Shown here: positions 18,034 to 29,613 of the stretch, piece by piece
How the letters are laid out: every line of letters starts with the position of its first letter
How positions within the stretch are numbered: the stretch's first letter is position 1
Notes under the pieces: generated by a model
What the model was told of the DNA's origin: nothing
Database searches by the model: none
Seen by the model: the letters and a program-made list of their open reading frames with translations, nothing else
Sequence record: OW969666.1
Origin: a plasmid
Reading direction: 5' to 3' (one strand)
Length of the DNA stretch: 64,000 nucleotides
Made by a program: the position numbers and the translations under genes

Positions 18034-19053
18034 TCATATCAGATCCAGACGGTCACGAGCCGTGCGCAGGCGCGCTTCGCCGCGGCGATCGTACTGCTGG
18101 GTGGTGGTGACGCTGGCATGCCCCATGGCATCCTTTACAGTGATTAAGTCCTCGCCGTTATCCAGCATGGAGGTCGCAAAGGTTCGCCTTAAATCGTGCG
18201 GTGCGCATTTTGCAATCCCAGCCAGGCGCTGGCGCACCTGCAGGACATGGTACACCGTCTGGTCGGTAAGCCGGTCGTTCGTCAGGGTGTCAAAGCGGCG
18301 GATACGGGTGAATAGCGGCCCGTCTTTTTCTCCCCGCACGTCATCGATCCACTTTCTGAGCCGCTGCCAGGTGCCCGCCGGCATATAGGCCAGCCTTTCC
18401 TTGTTCCCCTTACCCAGTACCCTGAGCGCCCGCTCATCTGTGACAATGTCACACAAATCGAGCCCCACGGCCTCCGAGCGTCGCAGGCCGCAGCCGAGAA
18501 TGACACCCAGCATCGCCGCATCGCGCACCCCAATGCTGGAGTCATCGGCCTCGCAAGCACCGAACAGCGCCCGGATCTCCTCCGGCGGCAGGGCCCGGCC
18601 GCGCGGAAGACGGCTGCCGCGCAGGTTACGGACCGCCCGGATGTGCTGGAAGCTCTCCACGTCCATCAGCCTGAGCATCCAGGCTTCCTTCGCCACGCCC
18701 TTGAGTGCCGAAAGATAGGTGTTGACGGTGGCGGTGGCCCGGCCGGTGTCGCGCAGCAGTTCGGTCACGGCCATCACGTGATGGCGCCGCAGGCTGCCCC
18801 AGCTGCAGGACTCCAGGGAGGCAGCTCCGAGCATAACGGCGACGATGTTCAGGAACGAGGCCATGGTCTGCCGGCTGCGGTGGGAATTGAGTGAAAGCAG
18901 GTAGGCCCGGGCCGGGCTGACCGGGGCATTCTCACCTGACAGCGCCGGCAGGAATTCCTCACTGGCTGCGGGCAGACTCAGCTCCGGTTCGTCATCGGGA
19001 ATCAGGATCATGTCGGGCTCCGTCCGGCGCGCTGCGTAAAAAATCGGGGGCAA
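18034..19053 (-). CDS. Tyrosine site-specific recombinase (XerD/ResD-like), probably plasmid multimer resolution or integration
   Basis: C-terminal HDLRRTFAT...GHASVTTTQQYD corresponds to the XerD box II (HxLRH...GH...TTQIYTHV) with the catalytic Tyr. Confidence 0.75.
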   Translation of the reverse strand: MPPIFYAARRTEPDMILIPDDEPELSLPAASEEFLPALSGENAPVSPARAYLLSLNSHRSRQTMASFLNIVAVMLGAASLESCSWGSLRRHHVMAVTELLRDTGRATATVNTYLSALKGVAKEAWMLRLMDVESFQHIRAVRNLRGSRLPRGRALPPEEIRALFGACEADDSSIGVRDAAMLGVILGCGLRRSEAVGLDLCDIVTDERALRVLGKGNKERLAYMPAGTWQRLRKWIDDVRGEKDGPLFTRIRRFDTLTNDRLTDQTVYHVLQVRQRLAGIAKCAPHDLRRTFATSMLDNGEDLITVKDAMGHASVTTTQQYDRRGEARLRTARDRLDLI

Positions 19054-19234
19054 ACTTACTGTCAGAGCGTACCGCAGAAAGTCTACTTTTTCAAAGGTAC
19101 ATTTTAATAAGCAGAAAAAACTGAAACCATTCTTCGGTCATTGCAGCTCGAACAGCTGTTGACGGTCAGATTCGGGTAGGTGCCTGTACGCTGTAACGCT
19201 GCTAATTTAGCTTAACCACCATAATAAAGAGGGA

Positions 19235-20395
19235 ATGTTAACAATGAATCAAAAATGGAAGACGCTGTTAATTTCGGTATTAACTCCGTCTGGCATCATA
19301 TCAGGGATCGCGCTGACTGTGCTCTGGGGATATTTCAGTCGTCTTGACAGACTCGATGTTTTCTTTGAGGTGATGAGCATCAAGAGTCTATTCGCTATGG
19401 TCTGCTGCGCAGCCGTATTCTCATTAGCGATTCTGTTATTTATCTTTTTTATAATCTCTATATTCATGCCGATTATCATTCCTCTGGACATCAATAATCT
19501 TCCTACATACAATAAAATTCAGAATAACTTTTTATCGATACTGATGCTGTCAGGACTGTTCCCGATGGCGTTTATCTATGTATTTTACTATGCTTTCGAT
19601 TTCAGCCAGGCCGTAAAAAATAATTCAGGCTGGCTGTCTTTGCTAAGTATCGGTGTACTGACCATAATTATTTCCTGCCTGATAAGCCGAAAATATCTAG
19701 AACACGACTTATCAATTAAAAATACGAAGGTGAGATGGATGCGGCGATGCCAGATTTATGTGGCCATCCCGCTCTGTATAGCACTGCTGGCGCATCTTCA
19801 GGTGTTTCCACTGGAAATAGTATTCAGGAATATTTCTGCTTCAACTGAAAAGGTAAGTTTCAGGATCGTGGCCGGAATGGCGTTCATGTCTTATATGGTT
19901 TTTTTTATGACAATTTTGCCTGGCCTCGTTTACCTCAGAATGGATGCCAAGGATAAACTCCCCAAAAAAATTAGCACTTCCCTGATAGTGTCTCTGATGA
20001 TACTGTTATTTATTTCTACAAAAATAACTGTTTTACCTGTTATATTTACTCATTCCGTCATTAAACTTTCAGGTATAAGTGATTTCAGCACCCACAGCTA
20101 TATTATAAAATCTAGCGAGTATCCGGAGGAGTTTTTTTCTAATTCAGTTTGGGATAGGAAAAAAATCAAAGCAGGAGAATATTACTCGGTTCGGGCTGTT
20201 TCTATATTTACCACCAATCAATTCAGTTTTCTTTGCCCTGAAGAAATAATCAAATCCTATAGGGAAAGCTGGAAATTTAATCCGCTGGATTCTGAGTTCG
20301 ATACAGATGTCAGGCTTAAACTCCAGAAAGATGCCGCTTACTGCGTACCGGTTTCAGCGACAGCTGTAAAACGCTGGGATGTTCCACTCCAGTAA
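19235..20395 (+). CDS. Polytopic membrane protein of unknown function (386 aa), AT-rich foreign gene
   Basis: ~30% GC against a ~55% background. At least 8 hydrophobic helices are predicted from the sequence. There are no family hallmarks. Confidence 0.6.
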   Translation: MLTMNQKWKTLLISVLTPSGIISGIALTVLWGYFSRLDRLDVFFEVMSIKSLFAMVCCAAVFSLAILLFIFFIISIFMPIIIPLDINNLPTYNKIQNNFLSILMLSGLFPMAFIYVFYYAFDFSQAVKNNSGWLSLLSIGVLTIIISCLISRKYLEHDLSIKNTKVRWMRRCQIYVAIPLCIALLAHLQVFPLEIVFRNISASTEKVSFRIVAGMAFMSYMVFFMTILPGLVYLRMDAKDKLPKKISTSLIVSLMILLFISTKITVLPVIFTHSVIKLSGISDFSTHSYIIKSSEYPEEFFSNSVWDRKKIKAGEYYSVRAVSIFTTNQFSFLCPEEIIKSYRESWKFNPLDSEFDTDVRLKLQKDAAYCVPVSATAVKRWDVPLQ

Positions 20396-21127
20396 CCGAA
20401 GTTTGCAACTTCGTTCCTAATAAGGGTATAAGTACGAAACTTATACCCTTCATTATCATTTCCCGGTAGATTTACTGGGTTTCAATCCGGGTGTATTACC
20501 GGGCGTATCCTTATTATCGCGACGACGTTGATCTGGCTTTCCTGTTGACTTGGCAATTGGTTTGGGACCTGGTTTTAAACCCATGATACGGATTCCTGAG
20601 TTTCAGAGGGACATCCTCAATATACATATATGGGATCCACTGTACCTTATCAAGTTATAAACGCAAAATGTTCCCGACAGATGACCGGTACGGAAGATTA
20701 TATCTCTGCCGATCAAGGATGCGTCGAAAAAATGGAGTATACCGCTCCAGAACTGGCGACTGGCGATTAGTGGTTTTATTATCGAGTTCGGTGACTGCCT
20801 TAGCGATCACCTTTCATATATTGGAAGTTACACAGAATTTCAGGCTTAAAAAAACAAAAGGAACATCTTGAGAACCTTTAGAGGATAAATCTGATTGTTT
20901 TGCCGGATTAAACTTCACTATTTATTAAAATTCGCATTTTGCAGCTTCGCTCCCACTAGGCCGTAAAGGAGGGCGGCAGGGTAGAGCCACAAAACTATTC
21001 ACTTTTATAAACAACTTGAGCTTTGCGCATTAAACCCTTGCCGCAGGCGGTGAACCGCATATCCGGCACAGACAGTCAGTTTTTCTGGCAGCTTAAATTT
21101 GACACAGCTTAATATAGTGATTCATTA

Positions 21128-22426
<1,299 letters not shown>

Positions 22427-22436
22427 CCACTACACG

Positions 22437-23990
22437 TTAGTTTTCTACTAACTGAACGACGACTAGCCTGCCGCCTTCCTCCTTTGACAGAACAAACTGA
22501 GCGTTATTCGTCAGTTCAATTTTTTCACCAATGGCAATCTGTCGTTTATCCGGTAATGACATAAGCCCATTTATGCCTTCATTTACTAACCACCACTGAT
22601 CGTTATGGAAAACAAAATACCCAACTCGTTTCCTTTGTGCATCGGTTGTGCGCTCATTTGGCGCAATGAGGCGATTCACATGCCACGCATAGATTGACTG
22701 CCCGCTCCACACCATCAACCGGTGATCGTCAGGACGATAACTGCCTTCCTTTCGGGATGAATATAAATTTAGAACCGGTAATTTACCCTTGTATGGCGTA
22801 CCGCAGTAGGGACAAACCGGCTTTGTCTTACCTGAGAAAACGTACCATTTCTGTTCACACGCCTTGTTCTGGCAGGGCTGTATCAGATCGACTGTTTTAA
22901 CCAGGGCACTTTCCCACTCATCGGCGGTCGGGCGTTTAGTGGCATCGTGTAAGCCATCAATAAAGGCGCGTTCAAACAAAGGCGTCAGATAAGGGCCCAT
23001 GATGGTGTAAGGAATTTTCTCCGGGTCAGCCCAGGGCAGTGAAAAGGAGGATAGCTGACTGACTTTGACTGCATTGCTTTTGTCTGTCGGATGTTCAATG
23101 AAGAGTGCCTTCTCACCCATAGATAAGGTCTCATCACGTACTTCATCCGACATGTCATGTATTTTTCCGCCACGTAGCGGATGACGGAAGAACAGATACA
23201 TGTAGATAAGCACCGACAGCGCATGACGGTCAGTAGAAATGCTTGGCAATACGCGGTTCGGATCCTCTTTGGAAAGATGGCTGGTTTTCACCACTTCCGG
23301 AGCGATAAAATCCGGGGTGCCCACGACGTCGGGAGGATACTTTCCAGGGACAACCAGGCCGTCTACGTCAATGATGCAGGCATGTCCCATTTCTGGATCG
23401 ATAAGCACGTTTTTATAGCTTAGATCGCTGTGACAGAGACCTGCCGCATGCATCCTTCTGACGGCTCTTGTTAGCAGCAGACAGACCTTGAGATAGGTAA
23501 GCGTATTGCCTCGTTCACGTGGGTCGAGAAATTTATTCTGGTTGCTGGCGCTGGCAAACCATTTGCCTTCCTTTTCACGGCCTTTTATGCCAAGAAAATC
23601 ATCGTTTTTAGAGCCGTATTTAAAGAAAAAGTAGCTTTTGTAGGTTGGAACCACGATGCCGATTTTATCCCCATGCTCAACAACGTGGGTCGGCCAGCAA
23701 AACAGGTCCTTCCAGTATTCACCTCCGGACTGGCCAAAAATGTTTTGCCTGTAGCGTCCGGTGATCATATCAATCCGATCCCGGGCCTGCTCGTTCTGCG
23801 GTTTATGATAAAAAGCGACGACGTATGATTTATCAGGCGAGAAGTAAACATCCTTCATCGAGCCCGAACCAATTACCTCGTCAACATACTGGACTGTTTC
23901 GCCGTCCTTTGTTTTGCACGTAACAATATTTGCCATATTGATCACCGAAGAAGCGTATCCCTTACCACAACACCGCAATAGTGCGGTCAT
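22437..23990 (-). CDS. Ser/Thr protein kinase (Ter-linked kinase of the TerY-P triad), with Cys-rich zinc-ribbon-like segment
   Basis: Catalytic loop LCHSDLSYKNVLID (HRDLKPxN-like), GTPDFIAPE (APE motif) and CPYCG/CQNKACEQ cysteines. Start uncertain (23990 or the Met at 23937). Confidence 0.8.
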   Translation of the reverse strand: MTALLRCCGKGYASSVINMANIVTCKTKDGETVQYVDEVIGSGSMKDVYFSPDKSYVVAFYHKPQNEQARDRIDMITGRYRQNIFGQSGGEYWKDLFCWPTHVVEHGDKIGIVVPTYKSYFFFKYGSKNDDFLGIKGREKEGKWFASASNQNKFLDPRERGNTLTYLKVCLLLTRAVRRMHAAGLCHSDLSYKNVLIDPEMGHACIIDVDGLVVPGKYPPDVVGTPDFIAPEVVKTSHLSKEDPNRVLPSISTDRHALSVLIYMYLFFRHPLRGGKIHDMSDEVRDETLSMGEKALFIEHPTDKSNAVKVSQLSSFSLPWADPEKIPYTIMGPYLTPLFERAFIDGLHDATKRPTADEWESALVKTVDLIQPCQNKACEQKWYVFSGKTKPVCPYCGTPYKGKLPVLNLYSSRKEGSYRPDDHRLMVWSGQSIYAWHVNRLIAPNERTTDAQRKRVGYFVFHNDQWWLVNEGINGLMSLPDKRQIAIGEKIELTNNAQFVLSKEEGGRLVVVQLVEN

Positions 23991-25602
23991 CGTGGTTCCC
24001 TGTGGAGAAAAAGTTAAGCCAGTCGCCTAACCTCTCAGGCGCAATACTGGCGTCTGTAAGGACAGGGATGAGCTCATCAAGGAGACGGGTCCATTTTTCG
24101 TCACTGCGAAGCCCGTTATCTGTCTCAAACAGAGGGTCTGATACGCCATCTGTCATGAGGATCAAGTGAGATACATCATTCCATTTACCCACGCTGATGC
24201 GGCCGCTAAACGAGGGGTCTGCGATAATGCTCTGGTCAAGAAAGCGGGTTTGTCCTGCGTATTCTCCGCTATCGGGATTTCCCAGTATCCTGACTTTACC
24301 GGAAGGGCTGTATGCACCTATCGCACCATCACCAAGCCAGAATGCAGCCGCAAACAGCTCATTATCAGTTCGTAGCGCTACAGTTGCCAGTAGGGTTGTT
24401 GAATAGGATTTCACAGGTTGTTCTGCACAAATGGCTTCGTTCTGGATACTGTTGACCGCGAGCGTAGCTGCCTGTTTAAAATGATGAAGCATGGCGTTTA
24501 TGGTTGCCTGCTGATCGCTCCCTTCCCACGCCGTGATGTGCTGCTTTAGATGGACGCCTTTCAAACCACTGAGCTGATTGAAAAGGTAATCGCCAGCCGT
24601 TTGGACTGCAATCCGGGAGCCTTCCCGGGAATTTACCGCACTACCGGCCCCGTCTGCGACCAGCATGACAGACCATCCTGTTTCCTGGCAGTGGTTGATA
24701 TAGAAGTCGTCATCTCTGAAGCTCCCGGCATGCTCATGAGATCGTCCCCGGCGACTGGCGGCAGCAATACGTATGTCACCCCTGACCAGGCCAGCAGCGT
24801 CCAGATGGGACTTAGGGTAGGAAGCGCCTGCTGGTGGCTCTACCACCTTCCACAGGCTTCTCGGATCGGGATTGACTATAAAAAGCTGTTTTGTTTCGCA
24901 TTCGTCGTGCGAAGCGCATGACCAGAGTACTGAAAGCTCTATATCGCCGCTTTCGGTGGGTGTACCTGTCAGCAACTTATGCTCTTTGTCAAAGGTCAGG
25001 CCAATGTTCCTGGGAAAGACAACGTCCCTGACAGTAGCCTGCTGGCCCTCATCCAGAACTATAGCAACCGGCGAAGAGAAACGTTCGCCTGCGCGGGCGT
25101 TGGGAATAACTATTTTAGCTCTCGGGGGAACGGCAGGTGGCACAGCTAATCCGGCCCGCTGCTGGCCTGTCGGTATCTGCCCGGGTTTTAATACCAGGGA
25201 AGACAGGTTTTCGTCTTCCCTCTGTGCTGGTTTATCAAATTCGTAATAAGGCATCAGCTTCCAGAACGGAGGATGAGGTTCATTTTCTGGCAGGGGTTGC
25301 AGTAATGGTGTATCGGTAGCGTCAATGCCCGGGTTATCTGCATCACTTACGACCGTTTGTTGCTGATCGGAAAGGCTGGATGCTGACGAGGGGGCGATCT
25401 CTGCGTCGTTATAACCTTCGCTAACCCGCGCAGATAAACCCTGTGCAAGGCTCTCAATCCGCTCTTTAAGCCGCATAATCTCTTCAGTAAGGGAAGGGTC
25501 GTGCGATAGAAGAAAAAGCCGCTCACCTTCTACAGGGTGGCCCAGCTCAGACAGCACTAAGCGGATAATCTTCTCTTCAAGTAAAGCATTTTGCGACATC
25601 AA
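23962..25602 (-). CDS. PP2C-family Ser/Thr phosphatase with ~250-aa N-terminal domain of unknown function
   Basis: LVADGAGSAV, LMTDGVSD and GNHDDRTIAV are the metal-binding Asp motifs of PP2C. The N-terminal half is Pro/Gln-rich and unassigned. Confidence 0.8.
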   Translation of the reverse strand: MMSQNALLEEKIIRLVLSELGHPVEGERLFLLSHDPSLTEEIMRLKERIESLAQGLSARVSEGYNDAEIAPSSASSLSDQQQTVVSDADNPGIDATDTPLLQPLPENEPHPPFWKLMPYYEFDKPAQREDENLSSLVLKPGQIPTGQQRAGLAVPPAVPPRAKIVIPNARAGERFSSPVAIVLDEGQQATVRDVVFPRNIGLTFDKEHKLLTGTPTESGDIELSVLWSCASHDECETKQLFIVNPDPRSLWKVVEPPAGASYPKSHLDAAGLVRGDIRIAAASRRGRSHEHAGSFRDDDFYINHCQETGWSVMLVADGAGSAVNSREGSRIAVQTAGDYLFNQLSGLKGVHLKQHITAWEGSDQQATINAMLHHFKQAATLAVNSIQNEAICAEQPVKSYSTTLLATVALRTDNELFAAAFWLGDGAIGAYSPSGKVRILGNPDSGEYAGQTRFLDQSIIADPSFSGRISVGKWNDVSHLILMTDGVSDPLFETDNGLRSDEKWTRLLDELIPVLTDASIAPERLGDWLNFFSTGNHDDRTIAVLW

Positions 25603-26639
25603 CCTCTCCCTCTGTTTACGTCGAAGTTAGTGTTTCCGCCATCATTGCTGAATGACAGACCTGTTTCACACCACGGGCAGATCACGTCATCCGGGCCGTC
25701 AATGCACAGCAATTTTCCGCATGAGCACAGGGCAAACGCACTGGCATTACCGCAGTGAGGGCAACCCGGTACGCCATGCAGTTCGCTGGTGTTTACCTGC
25801 AAACCGGTAGCGGTGGCATCTGACCATGCAAAATAGTCCTCATCGATGGGATAGCATCCGGCAATATTAAAGCTGTTCAGGTTCAGGCTGAAATCGAGCC
25901 CGGAAATCCTTGCTGGTGGCCGTTCATACTTCATCAGATACGGACGACGGGTCTTGCTGCAACGGCCGGTAAGCGTAACGCAGATTTCGTCGTACGCTTT
26001 TACTGGCTCGTCCTTGGCCAGCCGGACTATGTATTCAGTCTGGCTGAGCTCAGGTTGTTTGTCGTCTCCGACGCTGCGGCTGTGCGCCGTAACCGAGGCT
26101 GTGATCCATTTGATGAAGCGGGTAAAGTCCCCTTCCTGAGACTCGGTGAACAGCATGACATTCTCTGTCAGTTGCCGCAGGGTATTCAGGTCCGCTGACG
26201 GCCCCAGGCCAACGGCAATGAGATTCACTTTACTCGCGTAGTGATCCTTCCAGCGCTTCACTTCTGCGGTTGTGTCGTCAGTCGGACGTCCGTCGGTAAG
26301 GAGATACACGACGGGTTTCCAGTCGCCTTTAGCCTCATGAGTGGTTTTTCTGACCTGGGTATCAATTTGTACGGTCAGCTCACGCAATGCGGCCCCAAGG
26401 CTCGTACCGCCGCCAACGGGAAGGCGGGGAGGGTAGAACGAGGCAATTTCGTGAAGAGGTACAATCGTACGGGCTACACCGGCAAATGCGATTACCGAAA
26501 CCCAGGCTGTTTCAAGTGCGTGTGGATCCTTTCTTAAATCTCCGACGATCATTTGCAGACCATCAGTCATTTTTTTCAGGTTTTCACCAATCATGGACTC
26601 TGAACAGTCCAGGACAAAAAACACGGGAAGGCGTCTCAT
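25599..26639 (-). CDS. vWA-domain protein (TerY-like) fused to a C-terminal Cys-rich zinc-ribbon domain (346 aa from the Met preceding RRLPVFFVLDCSESM)
   Basis: MIDAS motif DCSESM; C-terminal CPHCG...CSCG...CPWCE. A GAGGA Shine-Dalgarno sequence precedes the ATG at 26639. Confidence 0.75.
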   Translation of the reverse strand: MRRLPVFFVLDCSESMIGENLKKMTDGLQMIVGDLRKDPHALETAWVSVIAFAGVARTIVPLHEIASFYPPRLPVGGGTSLGAALRELTVQIDTQVRKTTHEAKGDWKPVVYLLTDGRPTDDTTAEVKRWKDHYASKVNLIAVGLGPSADLNTLRQLTENVMLFTESQEGDFTRFIKWITASVTAHSRSVGDDKQPELSQTEYIVRLAKDEPVKAYDEICVTLTGRCSKTRRPYLMKYERPPARISGLDFSLNLNSFNIAGCYPIDEDYFAWSDATATGLQVNTSELHGVPGCPHCGNASAFALCSCGKLLCIDGPDDVICPWCETGLSFSNDGGNTNFDVNRGRG

Positions 26640-26724
26640 AATTTTCCTCGTACGGCTGGTACGGCCAGCAGAAAACGTTGCTGTACAGAAAGGTGCTGCC
26701 CGGAAAGCAGCACCTTTCTGTCTG

Positions 26725-27366
26725 TCAGAGCACCAGCTGGATTTCTGGTGGAGGAGGGGGAAGGGTATCAGTTCCGTTATTGATCCCCGCGCTTGTGCTG
26801 CCGGAAGACACGCTGGCCGATACCCATTTAAAGAAACCTGCAAACGCGGTTGAATCTAGCGTCTCCAGAGACACAACCTTATCGGTGAGCTGTTTTAAGT
26901 GCTCATGGCCTGCTTTAGGACCAACGGCGCAGGCAATGATGGATCCGAATCCCCGGCCGCGAATCGCTTTTACCGCTTCACCGTACGCCAGGGCATCAGA
27001 AGGGGTTCCATCAGTCATCAGGAATACCAGAGGACGCCAGTCTCCTTTTGTATCACCATCTGAGCGACGTACATCCCGTTCAACACACTGCATCAGACAT
27101 TCAAGGGCAGCACCGGTGAACGTCCCGCCTGCGCTTGGCACAACGATATCAGAAAACTGGAAGTCTTCCAGCGGCGTGAGAGGAATGAACTCACGCGCCC
27201 CATTGTCATAGGTGATAATGGAGATATGAACGCTTTCGAGGGCGTAGGGATCCTGGCGAAGAGCGCTAAGCATCGCCTGAATTCCAACGTTAACGGAATG
27301 GATGGACTCACCGCGCATCGAGCCGGATGTGTCGATAACAAGGTAAACAGGCAGGCGGCGCATCAC
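26725..27366 (-). CDS. terY: vWA-domain TerY paralog (213 aa)
   Basis: MMRRLPVYLVIDTSGSM is a MIDAS motif. Size and position match ter-locus TerY proteins. Confidence 0.8.
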   Translation of the reverse strand: MMRRLPVYLVIDTSGSMRGESIHSVNVGIQAMLSALRQDPYALESVHISIITYDNGAREFIPLTPLEDFQFSDIVVPSAGGTFTGAALECLMQCVERDVRRSDGDTKGDWRPLVFLMTDGTPSDALAYGEAVKAIRGRGFGSIIACAVGPKAGHEHLKQLTDKVVSLETLDSTAFAGFFKWVSASVSSGSTSAGINNGTDTLPPPPPEIQLVL

Positions 27367-28004
27367 ATGTAATTCCTCAGGTGCGAGACAAACGAATCTG
27401 ATTCTGAAGGCTCACCAATTGCCCTGAGTTTCCAGCCTGTAGCCTCGCGTATCAGCTCGGCAAAAACCATGGAGCGCTGGCTGGCGAAGGCGGGTCCGCC
27501 AGAAAGATCGAATCGTGCCATTTCAATATTACGGGCATCTACTGCCCGGATGAAGGCATTCTGAACTTTACCAAAGTGCTGCTGGAGCTTTTCACCATTG
27601 TAGATCTGAACGATGAACACAATTTTCTCGTACTGAGCGTCAAGGGAATTCAGGCGCACAATAATTTGCTCATCGTCACCGTCACCGGCTCCGGTTCGGT
27701 TATCGCCCGTCAGCCAGATATTTCCTGACTTATGGCGAAGGCTGTTGAAAAAGATGATATCGCCATTCACAAGCGTTGGTTTACCATTTTCCACATTGCC
27801 GAGATCGGTCACCTTTCCGGCTGAATTACACAGGAAAGCGATCACATCAAGGTCGTATTCTTCTTCTTTTTTACCAAAGATCCCGCCGAGGAAACCTTTC
27901 TTTTCCTCATTAATATCCCAACCCAGGCCGATAGTAACGGACGAGAGATCGTATTCATTTTTTTTCAGGCTTACGCCCTGGCCTTTGCTCAGACTGACAG
28001 ACAT
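27363..28004 (-). CDS. terX: TerD-family protein TerX (213 aa)
   Basis: GDNRTGAGDGDDEQI is the TerD Ca-binding signature. It lies between the TerY paralogs, as in the R478/pLVPK-type ter loci. Confidence 0.8.
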   Translation of the reverse strand: MSVSLSKGQGVSLKKNEYDLSSVTIGLGWDINEEKKGFLGGIFGKKEEEYDLDVIAFLCNSAGKVTDLGNVENGKPTLVNGDIIFFNSLRHKSGNIWLTGDNRTGAGDGDDEQIIVRLNSLDAQYEKIVFIVQIYNGEKLQQHFGKVQNAFIRAVDARNIEMARFDLSGGPAFASQRSMVFAELIREATGWKLRAIGEPSESDSFVSHLRNYM

Positions 28005-28026
28005 GACATCCCCTTAATTAATAAAA

Positions 28027-28665
28027 TTATAAGACCACGTTTACTTCTGGCGGCGGCGGTGGCAGGTCTTCAAGACCGATCACTTCTTTTTTGCTGGACT
28101 CCACTTTCTGACTGCCTACCGAAATGCTCGCACTGACCCATTTAAAGAAAGCTTTAATCGTCGAACTGTCAGCTGTATCGAGCTGAACCACGATTTCAGT
28201 GATTTCTTTGAGGACGCTGGTATCGGCATCATGCCCGGCTGCACATGCCACAACAACGCCGGTTCTGGCCGCTTTAAAGTCATTCAGGCCTTTACGCCAG
28301 TCATCATTCGGACTTCCATCCGTCATCAGGAATACAAGGGGACGCCAGTCACCTTTAGTGTCAGCCGTCGTTTTCTGTACTTCTTTGGCAATGGAGCTGG
28401 CCGTCAGGGTAAGCGCTTCGCCAAGAGAGGTGGTGCCGCTGGCTGTTAGTGCTGGCATCTGGAAACTCAGGAGGTCTGTCAGGGGGACTGCCTGTCGGGC
28501 TGAAGAATCAAAGGTGATCACTGACACGTAAGCCGTTTCGAGTGCATACGGATCCTGTTTCAGCGTGGTAAGCAGCGTCTGAACGCCATTCTTAACCGCT
28601 TCGATAGGCTCTCCGTGCATAGAGCCGGACGTGTCGAGTAGCAGATATACGGGTAAGCGTCTCAA
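28027..28665 (-). CDS. terY: vWA-domain TerY paralog (213 aa, probable TTG start)
   Basis: (L)RRLPVYLLLDTSGSM. aagga lies 7 nt upstream of the TTG. The longer ORF to 28746 is probably N-terminal over-extension. Confidence 0.7.
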   Translation of the reverse strand: MRRLPVYLLLDTSGSMHGEPIEAVKNGVQTLLTTLKQDPYALETAYVSVITFDSSARQAVPLTDLLSFQMPALTASGTTSLGEALTLTASSIAKEVQKTTADTKGDWRPLVFLMTDGSPNDDWRKGLNDFKAARTGVVVACAAGHDADTSVLKEITEIVVQLDTADSSTIKAFFKWVSASISVGSQKVESSKKEVIGLEDLPPPPPEVNVVL

Positions 28666-29128
28666 ATGTAATTCCTTCTTAAGAGATCGGAAGAGGAGAG
28701 TAGTTTCAGGAAGAGGCCAGAGTTTGTAGATTTGATAAAACGGCACGACATCTGTCGGGTGGAGATTAAATACTCAGAAGCGGCATTAAAGAAATAAGTT
28801 AACCACCATTGAATTACCGACATGTGAATGGCCTCTTATCAGAGAAAAAAATTCAGACCGTACTGGAATATAAGATTTCTGAAAAAAACTCCGGCAAAAA
28901 TAAACTTTCTTATGTATGAAAATCATCATACATCACAGATCTGCATGAATGGAGTGTAAATCGCCCAAAGATTGATGTGTAGCACAAGAGGATGTCAAGA
29001 CACCAGGTTTTGTAGGCAGAAAGGCGCTGCTGACATTGCGGGAGGAGAATAGATCAAAACTCCGTCACGCAGATACAGAGGTGAAATATGACAAAACCGG
29101 GGTTTTCACCCCGGTCTGAGATTTAGCG

Positions 29129-29596
29129 TCAGGACTTTTTAGCGCTGTATTCTTTTATCAGTTCATCAACGGAGTGCAGAGCCAGCTTCTCTACCGCTTC
29201 ACTTCGGGTCGAGCCACTCAGCGCAGCCAGACGGTCAATTTTTCTTAAAATCCGCATGCGTAGCGATAATGACACGGCTGTTTTTTTATCCTTATCGAGT
29301 ACGACCTTCCCTGTGGACTCACCGGTTTTCAGTTCAGCATTCTGTGCGAGCGCTTCATTCATCCGGCGAAGGGTCTTTTTATCCAGCTGGCCCGGATTAA
29401 CGAGATGGTATGAATGACCTGCCTTGCTGTATTTGATCTCCGCAGAATATGACTCGCGTAGCTCTTTGAGTGCCCGGGTTAATGTCGGCTCTGAGCATTC
29501 CAGACTGGTTATAATGTCGGCAGCGGAAACGGGCTTGCCGGTGCCCAGTAAGTTGGCAAGCTTAAAAATCCGGGCCTGTCTGGTATTTAATTGCAT
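29129..29596 (-). CDS. terW: TerW, HTH DNA-binding regulator of the ter locus (155 aa)
   Basis: 155 aa with an N-terminal winged-HTH-like region, positioned between the TerY genes and the biosynthetic module as in known ter loci. Confidence 0.7.
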   Translation of the reverse strand: MQLNTRQARIFKLANLLGTGKPVSAADIITSLECSEPTLTRALKELRESYSAEIKYSKAGHSYHLVNPGQLDKKTLRRMNEALAQNAELKTGESTGKVVLDKDKKTAVSLSLRMRILRKIDRLAALSGSTRSEAVEKLALHSVDELIKEYSAKKS

Positions 29597-29613
29597 CGTA
29601 AGATTTAGCCTGC

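Noticed and set aside
20430-20871. Small ORFs (43 aa on the minus strand at ~20455-20583; 67 aa at 20668..20871) downstream of the membrane-protein gene
   Set aside because: They are short with weak starts, and look like fragments of a degraded gene.
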